DNA from: Phoronis australis
Taxonomy: Eukaryota > Animalia > Phoronida
Length of the DNA stretch: 64,000 bases
Assembly (NCBI GenBank): GCA_002633005.1
Contig: NMRA01000149.1
Coordinates: forward strand, 78,066 to 142,065
Reading direction: 5' to 3'
Under the pieces are notes generated by a model. That model ran no database searches, had not been told where the DNA came from, and saw only the letters and a program-made list of their open reading frames with translations. The translations under genes were made by a program, and so were the position numbers. This document shows positions 25,345 through 38,394 of this stretch, piece by piece (position 1 is the first letter of the stretch; each line of letters opens with the position of its first letter).

Positions 25345-25653
25345 ATGGCCTTTCAAGCCCCCAGTGCAGGACAGGAACGGCAGAATAGAAAAATTTTGGA
25401 AGAACTTGAGGAGCAGAAAAAGCGACTTCGGATGCAGCAAAATCCCAACATGAGTGTTTCTTCACATGGCAACCAGTCAGTGCAAGGACAGACCACAGTG
25501 ACATCTAGTGGAAATAATGACAATCCTCACATAACTCCAGCTCAGAGGGCTGCGCTGCAACATGCCCATGCAAATTCTGTGGGTTATTTTACAACACAAG
25601 ACTCATCTTTCGGCAATCTCATTTTACCTGTCCTTCCACGGTTAGAAAAGTAA
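25345..25653 (+). CDS. INIP: SOSS complex subunit C (INIP/C9orf80), 102 aa, single coding exon
   Basis: NRKILEELEEQKKRL...QRAALQHAHANSVGYFTTQDSSFGNLILPVLPRL is the SOSS-C signature. Upstream acceptor cctttag| ends at 25303. Confidence 0.95.
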   Translation: MAFQAPSAGQERQNRKILEELEEQKKRLRMQQNPNMSVSSHGNQSVQGQTTVTSSGNNDNPHITPAQRAALQHAHANSVGYFTTQDSSFGNLILPVLPRLEK

Positions 25654-28600
25654 GTCAGCATGGGTCAAGACACGTTAAGGTTGACTACCAACTGCATGCT
25701 GGATTCAATCTCGGTCTTCCAGTTTATGAACATTTAGTGTATTTGTATTCACAAAGTGTTTATGACATCAACTTTGGTACGTCCAGGGCAATTATATTTT
25801 TACATAGTTACCATGTTCATGTAGTTATGATGCCAGAAAGAAGGTAAAAGTTATTGAGGATAGGAGCACTGACATTTTCAGCTTTGTGAGAATTTCCCAG
25901 AATTTCTCGGCTCTCAAATAATATTGTCAAGATGTGTTCAATAGTGTCCAGAATACTTGGCAAGCTTCTGTGCATTTGATCATGGAAATTAGAGATTGGT
26001 AGTTCAACACAATTTTGGTATCTGAGGAAGAAATGCCAGTTCAGAATACAAGCGACCTCACTTATTTTTACACCTTCGGGACAGGGAAAGGAGCGACGAC
26101 TTGTGTGAGTGACAACTTATATACAAGTTGTTGTATTGACGAATTAAGTGCAAGATACATATAGTGGCATAGCGATGATGGCCAGGTATATCAATTTCCA
26201 CGTCATCGAATTTATGATAAAAGTTTGTGGTTTGATGAAGCTTGTTTTTTTCATGATTAATGAAATCTAATTTCATTGTCAACCCTATGGAGACTGTGTT
26301 ATGAAGAGGTGAATCTTTTAAATTCTTTTTATAAAAGTGAAGTTTGGCTTTGAGTGACAGCTCTGAAACATTTCTTGTTACAACAAAGGCTACTTTGTAT
26401 TTAGTTAAGGTGTCACCATCATACTTGTGGCGAATACTATTTGAGTACAACTCCATTGGTGATGACTTACGCGAAAATGTTTGCTTTTGAGCCATGAGTT
26501 TAGCAAAAACGAATACTTACGAACAACTTAACCATGAACATTACTATGTAAATGGATGGGCTTATAATTGGGAACAAGAAAATTTAACGACTTATGTAGG
26601 CTGATGAGTTACAAGAGTTGAACAAGATTGCTTGCATTTATTAATTGAGCACCACCGGGTGGAGGATGGCCTATAGTAAATCAGCTGTTATTTTTTAAAG
26701 ACTTGGCAAAGTTGCTGGACTTAAATGTCCTGGTAATACTAATTGGGTCAGGCTGAAGTTGCATACTTTAAACTTGGATAAATCTTGTTGGCAATTGATC
26801 TTTATGTTACAGCTATCAGTGATGAGGTGTTATGATGCGAAATGAGGAAATTATGCTTATCTTCCACATTCGGAAACCAAAACCAAGGGCTCCACTGAAA
26901 AGTGTGTGACATCGGGGCCCAAGGTCTAATCTGAGACTCTACAGTCTACTTGGACTCAACCAACCACACAGCAATGTTACTCAAAGTGTGGCAATGTTTG
27001 TTTTTGAGTGAAATTTCGAGTACAGAGATTAGATTCCAGTCCCAGGGGATCATCCTCGTGAAAGTTAAGGTCGTTTCTAGTGTATTTCATTACTAAGTAT
27101 GAAACAATCAGTTTAAAAGAATGATGTACAATTGTCAAAAAAATGCATCATTTCAGATAGGAACATGGGTCTAAATACACACATGTACAGTTTGTCCCAT
27201 TTTCCAGATATTACTGTACCAAGATCTTACATTTACTTCGTTATTTCTTCACCCCACTATTTAGCATCGTGTCGACCATCAAACAGTCTAGTATTGCAGA
27301 TTCCAGTCCTAAATATCAAGGATTCTCGCATTGCAACCAAAAATTGAACGCCTTGATGGTTTTGTCTATAGTGATAACTGGATTTGCTATGGCGTGTTGC
27401 CATTGTTCATTATGCCCATACATGTAGTTCAAATCTAATGGGAAAATATGAAAGTTAAAGACTGCGAGGTAGGTCTGGGTTTCACCGATAGGACTGGGTA
27501 ATTTGGGTTTCATGGAGACTACTTTCATCTAGAAAAGTGGTAAATCAAAATGCCATCAGTCACATCTATAGCGTTGTCCAAGGAAACTAAGGGTTGATAA
27601 CCCACATCTAACTCACGTGTCCAGTCGAACTGTAAAGAACATCATTTTGGTGTGATACGAGAGTCCCATGTTATTGACGTAGTTATGAATCTGCCAGATT
27701 ACAATTTTGTGTAATGTTTCAAATAAATTAAAGGTTGTTGCTACATTTAAGGCTTTGCACTTTTAAATAACCTGGTCTACTGTTTACTCAACTGATGTGT
27801 TGTGGGTAAGTGCAGGTGCTCTTTGGAATCTTCACCATATAGTTATCCTTCTGTATTGTATTGACAATTATTTTGTTATCATTTTTGTTGTTTTAGAATA
27901 AAACAGTCAATATTTTAGCCAGACTGTCAAAAGGTTTCTGTGAAAGCCGCCGAACTACAGAAACAAGACACTAGATTTTACAAAACTTCATTCTGACTAC
28001 ATCAACTATTTATGGACCAATGCATAGTTAGCGTTTATGAATATGTTATTTCATCACAAAAAGAAACACATTTACAACAAGTTCAATATACACCGAGCTG
28101 ACTAGACACATTTGCAGCATTTTCTCTCAAAACTATTTACAAACCCATTTTGAATTGTGCTCTCACAGAATCGCATACACGATTTAGAGTATCATTTTGC
28201 AATCTTTGTTCAAGCTCGCTCAAAAATAGATGGAGTGACCATTAACGTAGACAAGAGTGTGTGCGCGAACTAATCTTGACTAAATCACCCAACATTCTGA
28301 CTTGAAGAACCTTTGCAGTCAAACCAAGAGCTATGCGTGCTGAACACTCAGTAAATGAAAAGCATGCCTATTTAATATACATCTCTCGTCTCTTGCATAA
28401 TCCACTAGCACCAAGTTCATATACGTCAAGTCATCCCCACCCCCTTGCCTCCCAGCCATGCAACTTGTAAACATTTGATTGGGGCACCTGTTGTAGGATT
28501 AAAAATCTTGCCAGCTTCAACAATACAAAATGACTGCGGTCAATGTCAAATTGATCAATCAAACCAATGTTCCATTGTGAATAGGAGACAAATGATGAGA

Positions 28601-30326
28601 CTAAATGAGCAGTGACTTTAAAGCTTATAAGCCTGTCTCCATATGAATTTTTGTGTGTGTGACAAACTAGAGTATGTAGACAGTGTTCCTCAAAAAGTCG
28701 AATACGACTTCTCTCCAGTCTGGTAAATCTAAACAAAAAATTGGACATGTGATGGAATTGCATATACAGCTTTATAGTTTGAAAAGTAAAGTTGGAATGC
28801 CTGTCTTCACATTCAGGGTCAGTTGTATAAAACTAATTATTAAGTTGTACACAACTAATCCAAAGGTGTAGACTGGGCAAAAGACCCTAGGAAAACAATT
28901 TACAGATACTGAAAGTTGGAGATATGCACTTTTACCAAAAAACGTAATGTGTCATTGTGTAAAAAACATTCTCGTTGCAAATTTACATTAACTTTCAGCA
29001 GATTTTTACAAAAGTTCCTTAAAACAAAATCAAAGGCTGAAAATAAGATTCACAACAAAAATAAAATTTGTAGATTACAAGAAAACAGATCTCATTCACA
29101 CCATAAATATTGCATTGATTTGCCTACAAAATGAGATCAAATCTTCTTCATAAAATGGCACAGTGTGCTAATACTCTGGAAATCCTATATTGCCGCAGAC
29201 AAAAACCTAAAAATACCCATTCCCATACAAACATTTTCTCACATCCATACAACAAATCAACAATAAGAAACCCAAGTTCTACATGCAGAGCTTACGGGAA
29301 AATACAAATTGCATCTTTCTGATCTGTGCAATACTGTAGACCAACCACAAAATAATTATGGAACATGTTACACAACTTGATGGTTCGTTAATATAATAGT
29401 CTAATAGTAACATCTACAACAGTTTGACTAAAAGATGGATTATGCAGAAAACACCTGTTAAAAGAACATCCACGAAATCAAAACATTTCTCTTATTTACA
29501 AACTCAAATGATCACACAGTAAACATCACAGAGACGGTCATAACATATACAAAAGCATGACTACTATACCTACCCGATTTTCTTCCTAATTTTAAGACCA
29601 CCGCATAAAATCTCCTAAACACTACTCAACAAGTGTGGGCACACCTCATTGTGCACTTGTTCTCCATTATCAAACAGTTTTTTAATGATATTAGGAATTT
29701 CTATATGGTTTCTAAAAGAATGACACAATCTTGAAGCAATCAATTACGTACTGATATGTCCCACAGATCAAAGGTCTGTAGTAAATATTCGATATAAAAC
29801 TGTAGGTTGTAGTTTTGATTTTTGCATGGCAAAGCCTTTAGTTTTGAACAGAGGATCACGCTAAAAGTGGCATACAAGAAGAACAAACAAAATGAGAAAT
29901 AACTGTTTTGAAAACAAGTTCTCTTCTCATCAGAGATAGCCCACAAACCCTGAGACAAAGTACATCACTCTCTACACTCTAGGAGAATGTCCTCTCTTGA
30001 AATGATTTGATACAAAAATCATCTTGGCACAATCACTGAGTTATAGCTACGGCTGGAATAACATGGAAGAATAAATATAGGTTTTGTATAACTACACGAA
30101 ATAAAATACGACAATATAACGATTTTCATATAAATATTAAGTTCTTTTCAATAAACTTGGGTTAAATCTAGTGAGAACTTGTGGAGAACTAAAAATATAA
30201 TCAGAGAGGTAGGATTGTCATAACATCAATAATCGCATGCAGAATAGAAATTATTTTGTTACATCGCCTGGTTATGAAATCAACAAAAATAAAATAGCTT
30301 CAGAAGCTCACAGTTAAAATCAATAT

Positions 30327-30642
30327 CTAGAGAGAGTCCAGTGTCGATGCTACTGCCACCTGGCACACCTCATAACTATCTTTATTCATTCGCAAATCGA
30401 TGGGCGAGGTGGGAGTTGGTGGCTGATTTTCAAAAGTGTGCTCATGGCTGGTCTGTTGGAAGTAGGCCAATGAATCTTTGCTTTGGGACGAATAAACTGT
30501 ATCGTTGCTCACTTCTTGTTCCAATGTTGGTGGTGAAACATTCTTTTTGCGATCACATCCATTGCAGGGTTTGTAAAGAGCAGCATCAATCATCAACTCA
30601 CCGTTACGCCCTTTGAACACAATCCCACAACACACCTTGGTT
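30327..30642 (-). CDS. SINHCAF: SINHCAF last coding exon (TKVCCGIVFKGRNGELMIDAALYKPC...LDSL*)
   Basis: tttttag| acceptor, 316 nt to TAG. CCGIxxKGRxGExxID...KPC is the conserved C-terminal motif. Confidence 0.93.
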
Positions 30643-30676
30643 CTAAAAAAATCGGAATAAAATCAGCTGTACATTT

Positions 30677-32300
30677 AAACAAGATTCTTTTGGATGTCAG
30701 GGAAGCAGATGACAAATGACAGACACAAAAATAAAAAAGGCCACTAGGGGGTACAATAGCGGTTTAATCAGTCTGAAAGAAGACGATTACGGTCATCTCC
30801 GTGATAACTTATTTACCAAATTTCATGAACAACCAACAAGGAACTAAGGCTAACGCAAAAAAAGCCAAAATTTACAAAAAAGACGGCAGAATAGTCAGAT
30901 TTGTCTCAAAATCAACATCTGCTATACATCAGCATCACAGCAGTGAGACATGTCCGAAATCATTGTCAGTCCTACTTTTCCCAGCAGGAACACATGCCAA
31001 TTTACGTAATTTATTCTCGGAGTAGTTTGTCTGATATAGAGGTCGATCCCAAAAACCAGAATGAAAACGATAACAATTATTAAGAAGCCTAAAACATCTC
31101 AAATCCATCCAAAATGACGTGACATGGTCTCAGACAAGAAATTGTGGAAACGCATCAATTCGGTACGTAGAGCACGATGTACTGTATTGGAGTCCCTTTT
31201 GATTGCATTTGAGAAGCCTGTTTTGAATGAGCAGCAGACAGGGCACGCCACACGTTACACTTGTTTGCGTGACTTTCCCCGTTAACCCCTTCATTTGTAA
31301 TTCTTTGCAGTATTTCACACCTGTCTTGTTCCACTGTATGTCACCAGCTTTTGCTCTGTAGTGATATTACTGCATCATTTTATTTCCTCTTGAGAATGAA
31401 ACAAGTATGTTTCAAAATATTGTGCGTCTTTTAATCATGTCACATTGTCAGTTGCTTCGCCAATGTTCGGTTGAGTGTCGAACTTTGTTCCGAGGACACG
31501 AATGGAACGGAATAGAGACTGTTAATTATGACAAGTGTCATATATTTAATCAATCTTTTATATCGGAAAACTTGTTCCCGAAGTACAGCCAGGTCTCCTT
31601 AAAAGAAATATATTTTCTAAATTTCACAAAAATCTGCCAAGGAACTCCACAGATATAGAAAAAAACTTAAAAAATGAAACTGCCACTAGGAGACATATCT
31701 GTTATCAGAGCTATCAGAAAGTAATCATCATCTATGTTATGTTCCTAAAGATACATGTGTTACTTATAACAAGAACCTTAGGAGATACAGCAGTGGCCAG
31801 GAAAAAAACTGCCACTAGAAGGCGTCACAGTAGTTGGTGCTTCCTAGAAATTAACGCCAAGCCTGCTGTTCTCAGTAGGAACACATCTGCCAGTTTTATA
31901 AAAATTCTTAGAGAGGTTTGGTGGATAGAGAAGTAGACGCCAAAAACAAGACTCGATAAGGGTTTAAATGGCCACTAGGTGATGTAGAATACGTCGAATC
32001 CACCCGAAAAGTGCTCTCGCTCCTCAGTATTTATCAAATTTCATGAAATCCATCAACGAACTTCCCAAGATACAGAGTCAAAGGTAAAAAAATAAAATTA
32101 CCACTATGGGATGCAGTGCAGTAATCATATCCATCCAAAAATTCGCTCATGCTTACCCATCCATGATAGGATCATGTCTGCATTCACAAACTCATCAACT
32201 TTGGTTAATTTAGAGGAAATGCAGTAGTGTACGCCAGACAGACGTTTGGGCCGGAATAATGGCATAATGCTCACACATATTTTGTGGGTGCATAAAAATG
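30677..32300 (-). mobile_element. Second, more decayed copy of the same HINE-like family, in the last SINHCAF intron
   Basis: 32261-32300 is a close reverse complement of the 58139-58180 terminus. Repeated GCCACTAG(G/A) monomer cores. The left boundary is approximate. Confidence 0.6.
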
Positions 32301-32785
32301 ACATTATTAATTATGAAATCGTGATGTCACTTTTGTGAAGTGTGACGTCAATACCCCACACCCACACCAGCGTGTACACACTGACAGACAATGATTGGGG
32401 ACTTAGAACTTTTACTTCCAGACTGTTCCCTCTTTGACAAATCTGTGGTAATTCATAACAAAGAATAGTGAACAAGTTTTGACTGGTATGGCAAACACAA
32501 AGATGATGGAAAACAAGAATCAATTTCCAAGCTTAAGTTGAGACTGCATTTCAAAAATAGGCAACCATTCACAACTTGCACACTTTGGTGGTGCGGCAAA
32601 AATGACCGTTTTGCATTATCGTTTAGGACACAATGCCTCTTTATGGCATCAATTTTAACAACACGGATGTGAAAGCTCACGTGTTCCAAACACGCAAACT
32701 CATTTGTAGTTTGTACACAACAACTCATTTTCAAGCATAATGGTGAAGTTATGCAATTAGTTAATAAACTTCAAATTGTGCTTAC

Positions 32786-32939
32786 TCAGTCCAGTAGTTG
32801 AGATCAATGAATGAGCTGCGCCTGGGCCTGACGTTTGCTTTTTCCGCCATCTCCTCATCTGCAAACTCCAGCGATGAGTTACTGGGTGATGGACTAGGAG
32901 TGACCATGCTGCGTGTGCGAATACCTTTGTTCAAATAAC
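32786..32939 (-). CDS. SINHCAF: SINHCAF coding exon 3 (YLNKGIRTRSMVTPSPSPSNSSLEFADEEMAEKANVRPRRSSFIDLNYWT)
   Basis: Not in the ORF track. tacag| acceptor and GA|gtaagc donor, 154 nt, phases fit both neighbours. SFIDLNYW matches the family motif SFLDLTYW. Confidence 0.9.
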
Positions 32940-33480
32940 CTGTAACAGAGACCAAGCACTCATTGGACTTCAGTACATCCTAGGTTAACACTTGACCTTT
33001 ATTCAATAGACATTCAGAATGACTGCATGCAGTTTGTTGGAACTCAAACAGTTCTATGCTACCTACAAGTACATCACCCCTGTAGAGAACAAGGTCTCCA
33101 ATAGAAGACACAAGAATGGGATTGCTCATTCTTTGAGAAGGGGTGAAGAAATATTTGTAATCAGTGACACTGATGGGCTCTTCGATTGTTGTAACACTTT
33201 TGTGCATGGCTGCTTTTGTTACAAACAAGACCAAGTGATACTGAAGACAGTGATTCATAAAACAACTCAATTCAACTTCCTATTTCCTATTCAACAGTAA
33301 AGAAGTTTATGAAGCATGAAAATCAAAGTATAAAATTACTTCAATTTTGAAGCCTGTGCCATACAAAATGCTAAATAAAAAATCATGACATTTCTACACA
33401 TACAATATTAAGAGCTGCTAGATGCATTTAAAACAACACTGTAATAAAAAATCTATAATTCCATAAAAATGCTGCATTAC

Positions 33481-33667
33481 CATTATTTTCGTTGCTACGC
33501 GTAGATCCCACAAATAAATCAAAATTTTCCACAATTTCATTCACTGGCTGGGGCTTTACCACCTTTTTCTTCTTCCGAATTTTCTTGAACACTTCCACCT
33601 CAAGTTTCGTTTTCGTAGTTTTGCTGCGGTTATTCTTACTACCTGGTCCAGACTTGGCATCAACAAC
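33481..33667 (-). CDS. SINHCAF: SINHCAF coding exon 2 (VVDAKSGPGSK...)
   Basis: cccag| acceptor continues NWNH-VVDA. Lys-rich segment, G|gtaatg donor, 187 nt. Confidence 0.9.
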
Positions 33668-36449
33668 CTGGGAAATAATAGAGATCAAAACACAATGATA
33701 GTTAAATGTCAAAAGAGCAGTCTTGCACCAAGACATATTAGACAAACATGAAGGTGACTGAATGAAAAACAATGTTAACATTTTTAGTCAAGAGAACTGC
33801 TTTTAAATTACGACTATTTTACATTCTATTAAAGATGCTAATTGTGCTCGTGAAACAAAAATTAATGACATACAGTTTGTTAGAACAAAAATGTTTGTCA
33901 AGAAATTTAGCAAAAATCACACACCTAATCAATGACAATGTGAATTTGAGTAAAATTCCCCATTTCATACAGACAAAAATGGCTTTTTTGATTTATAATC
34001 AATCAAAAATTATAATTATTGATAAAAATTTATTGCAAGAAATGAAACAACCCAAATTCAACTTATCAATTGCCAATACAAATTTTTCCCCAATCTTGGA
34101 TATAAAGTCAAAGCCAAAATTTCTGCAACATGATTCTTCATCAATTTCTTTGCTTTAAACAAAGCTATGCACTAGTACTACTATATTACTATAACTTACA
34201 GTCACCATTATCAGAAAGGGACAACTATTGTGGCATATTTTAATTTGTTTTTCAACGTGATTTAAAAACGAGTTGTTCAAGTTGTTGGCAATCAAAACAT
34301 TGTAATATGACATTGAAATCTAAATCTGTAAAATGGCACGGATTCAGTCACTGAAAATTTCAAATCAGTGGGGCTGAACACTTTGAATATGGCATGTTTT
34401 AGCATTGCATAAGACAGCTAGCTCTTCCCTTACAAAATCCTAGGTATTAAGCTTTGTGAACTACTACCTCGTAAATTAAGGTTCTCAGATAAGATTAGTC
34501 ACTTCTTCATGACACCTAATCACATCTCTGAATAGGTTTCAGGCATACTAGACATTATAGGCATACCTTAATAACAAATCCGACATGGATTTCAGAAATT
34601 TTGGGTAACTTTCAAATATGCCAATTAAACTATATTTGATTACAGCATCATCTATAAATTAACAGTTTACTCGGAAACGCATTGGCGGATTTCCGACATC
34701 GTGCGTTCAAGTCCACTTTTTCAAGGCATAATTATGCCGTTATTGGAAGTCATAAAAAACAGAATTGATGACAACCATTGGACAAACCAAACAAAGATTT
34801 AATTATTTTCTTCTCAGGTAAGGAGTACTTATGCAATTAATTAAGGAAAGCACCGAAAATGGTTCTTTAGCCACTTGGCCCTCCAAGATAATTTCTTGAT
34901 ACTGTTACCATAAACTGCGTACGTCTACTGTACAATACAATAAATGACAAACTTCAAGTAAAAACTTGTGAATTAATTTATGAAAAATGAAAGTTGACGA
35001 AAAGGATGGACATCAATCATTAGTTAGAACTTGCCATCAATAATAATAATAATATTAATACTGATTTGTGTAACAAAATTCCATTGCCCATCAAATTCAA
35101 TTTGTACTTGGTGAAACAATATCCACTAATCATTAACCACTGCACCCAGCTGAACATGTACAAGAACAGTGCACTTCAACAAACTACATTGCTTCCTCTA
35201 AAGCAAAGACAAAGAATATTGTTATGCACCAAAGTGACTGACATGCAAGGTTCATTGATCTGTGCAATAAGTATTCATATGCTATGAATGTTGCTTGCTT
35301 GATAAGAACTGATCACATAACAGGGCTATTAGTTTTCACCACAGCAGACTAATTTGTACTGTATTTTCTTAAATGGATGCCACCTGGAGTACATTGCTAA
35401 GAATAGCGGGATTAGAACTAGCTCCTTTCAAGCCATAATAAAAAGGTGATGGAATACCATGTTTAGGGCTATTGCCTTCCATGGCAGTTTCCATGAAAAG
35501 AGTTATCAGTGATGGTCCATAGAAAGTGTGGTCCCCCATGAGATATGCTAGAAAGTAGACCCCCAGTTTCGAAGGCAAGTTCATGCTTAAACTAGGGATT
35601 CCCATCACAAACAAATACCACATTAACACATTTTAGCAACATTTTTGCAAATACAACAAATGTGTTGCTCATTTTCTGTCCCTGGCTTGCAGGTTTCAAT
35701 GACGCACACCTGTTGGTTAATGCCATTTGACAGATTTGTCAACCACACGCTACCTTCACTGTTATTCGTGCGACTTTCACAAATAGTCACAAAAATTTTG
35801 CCACTAAATAAAATCACTTAAAAACCCACGACAGACAATCCTTTTTTAAGAAATGTTCTTAATGCGTATCCTTTGAGCCCATGTTTCTTTATGTGTACTC
35901 TTTGATCTTATGTCGCATGCAAATTAGTTTCACTCAACTGTCCCTCTCATTACAACATGGGTTGGGTGGCATACATAGCCAAATGTCGTGTTTACATGCT
36001 AACCTTATAGCAGTGGGGTCATATATTAAAAATGGTTGCACATGAGTAGAAATGATTGTCAAAATACAGAATTGTCAGAAAATATTGCAAACAAACAACG
36101 GGAATTGATACATCAGTGATAAAGCACACACAAATTATCTTTGCTTAACTGTGTATTGCAACAACCACAGGTAATGCTTTGTTTTGCAAAATTTAGGCCA
36201 AATTGCATTCCAAGGTCTCTTCCAAAAGCTCCATGTCTATAACTCCACTGTTTTTAAAGGGGAAATCAGCGCTTTGGATGCCTATTACTATTTTAATTAA
36301 AATTAAAATACAGAACAAAGGTTATCAAGCATTGTTCTGGTTGTTATTACTACCCTTGCAACAATAGAAAGTAAAGCAAATGGCTCAGCGAAAGACCAAC
36401 GTCTTGATTCTGGGCTTATAAAATTTTTGATCAAAGATACAGAGCTTAA

Positions 36450-38394
36450 GGCCCTTTCATACCAATGTCGACGGGTCAGTGCTTTGGGGAGTTGTGGTCA
36501 GTATGAATGGTTAACTTTGGTCCCGGATCAAAGTTAACCGCGCCAGTTACACGGGTGAGAAACAACATGACCACCGGTCCTCTAAATCGGACCGCCTCAC
36601 CCAAAACAGGACTGACGCACCTAAAAACATGACCGCCCCAACACAAAACAGGACTGACGCACCTAAAAACATGAGCGCCCCACCACAAAACAGGACCGCC
36701 GGGGACTGAGTAGTTAAGGCCTTTGTGTGATACTGCGGGTTATGACGTAACCGGTCAGATAGCTGTGTAAAGACTATCGCCAAAATAAAGCTTGATTAGC
36801 ATTATTGAGCTCCGTTACATCCCCGAAATTTCCCACAGCCCGGGTAGTTCTGCTAGTCGCCTCGTTGTGAAACTTACATCAACATGTAGTAGAGCGCGAG
36901 ACCGGCGCAGGCACATGCAAAATCTAGGCGTCAACCAACACTCACCTTGCAGGTTGCAACCGCTTGGGGAAAAACAATCTATGAACTATTGTAACAATAA
37001 GTCTGTCGCACTCGTGACATGTGCACGCGCCATTTCCTCAGAAAAATTTTGCGACATTTTTCGGAAGATGATGACAACTTCGCGGCAACAAGATTTGTTC
37101 TGAAATTCGGTTTGCTGGTATTAAAATACTAAAAACTTATAACGAAATGACACCAGTTTCGATAATTTGTTGTGCCAGGTACGCAACCTTGTAGAAGAAC
37201 AGTTGATTGAAGAATCGGGGGGAAAAGGAACCGGCCAATGTAAGCCGACTTAAGAGAACGCAGAATAACGACAGAACAACAATTGTTCTCAAGCGCCGAT
37301 GAAATAATTTAGTTTACTCAAGGAAGAGTGTCGTTAACGCAAATTCGCCGGGTGAAGATTTTACATGTTCATTTTTTTACCCACATCGGTGCAAAGCTGT
37401 ATATTTAGTAAACAGCTTTGCCGCACAAAGGCAGCTAGTATGATGATGCTTCACCCGAGAACCAGAACGCCTGTTTTTTTTACTTGACTAACTTTAAACG
37501 TCAAATTGAAGAAAATGATTTTCATTTTGTTCTAAAACTTACGAAGTGGGTTATTTAGCTGAAAAGAGTACAACGTGGTTGTTTTGTGTTAGATTTATTA
37601 AATGTTGACCTTTCAACTGTTTATAAGTCACATACCGCAGCCGGGAGCCTGGTGATGAGTAAAACTCAAAAGCGCCACGTAGTACAAAGCGAAGTGTCCT
37701 CTGTTGCGCACAAAAAATTTCGGTGGATTAATCGGCACAAGTCCTGCATATGCATACGTATACGTATATAGCCCCATTGTATGATCTGTGTAGGCCTAAC
37801 GGTAATAAATCTTAGCCTGTTAGTCATTGCGGTTTTAGTCCCCGGCGGTCCTGTTTTGTGGTGGGGCGGTCATGTTTTTAGGTGCGTCAGTCCCAATTTC
37901 TGGTGCGGCAGTCCCATTTGATCCCCGGAGGTCCTGTTTAGAGGACTGGCGGTCATGTTGTTTCTCACCTGTGAGTTAACTTCACAGTAAATAGGTGGAT
38001 TTAACAGTGCAGAGTCGACGCTGCGTTGCAATATGAGCGGTCAACATCGGTCTCATTGAAGTTATCACCAAGGGGCAGTGTTATCGTCAACAATTAAAGG
38101 GCAGTGTCGTCACTAATAGTTGCTTATATTATGCTCGAATATTCACCAATTGAAATTAAAAATAAATTTTATGTCAATTAGCGCATGCAAATTTTCTCAA
38201 ATTGTCACATTACAAAAATATTAGCATGCACAGCAGGATGCATCAGCATTACGTTGTGATTACTTTGATGATGACAGCATCACCTGTTTATTTCAATGCC
38301 GTTAACTACTGAAGCTGTAATGAATAATTTAATTAACTTTGTAGTTTAGGTCACTGCTGCACTTACACCAGAGTGAAGTTAGTGGGAAAGGGCC
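36450..38394. mobile_element. PIF/Harbinger-like MITE hosting the Transib-like element
   Basis: Termini GGCCCTTTCATAC ... GTGGGAAAGGGCC with TWA-like flanks (imperfect). Removing the inner element restores the inverted repeat AAGTTAAC-CGCGCCA-GTTAACTT. Confidence 0.5.
36550..37973. mobile_element. Non-autonomous DNA transposon with CAC...GTG termini and 5-bp TSD (Transib-like)
   Basis: TIRs CACGGGTGAGAAACAACATGACCACCGGTCCTCTAAA and CACAGGTGAGAAACAACATGACCGCCAGTCCTCTAAA, further subterminal inverted repeats, TSD AGTTA at 36545-36549 and 37974-37978. Confidence 0.8.

Noticed and set aside
26058-26495. 145-aa minus-strand ORF
   Set aside because: No recognisable domain. It lies antisense in the probable INIP 3' region and is plausible by chance.
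36550-36600. True V(D)J recombination signal sequence
   Set aside because: The heptamer is only CAC-like, with no nonamer at 12 or 23 bp and no Ig/TCR segments.
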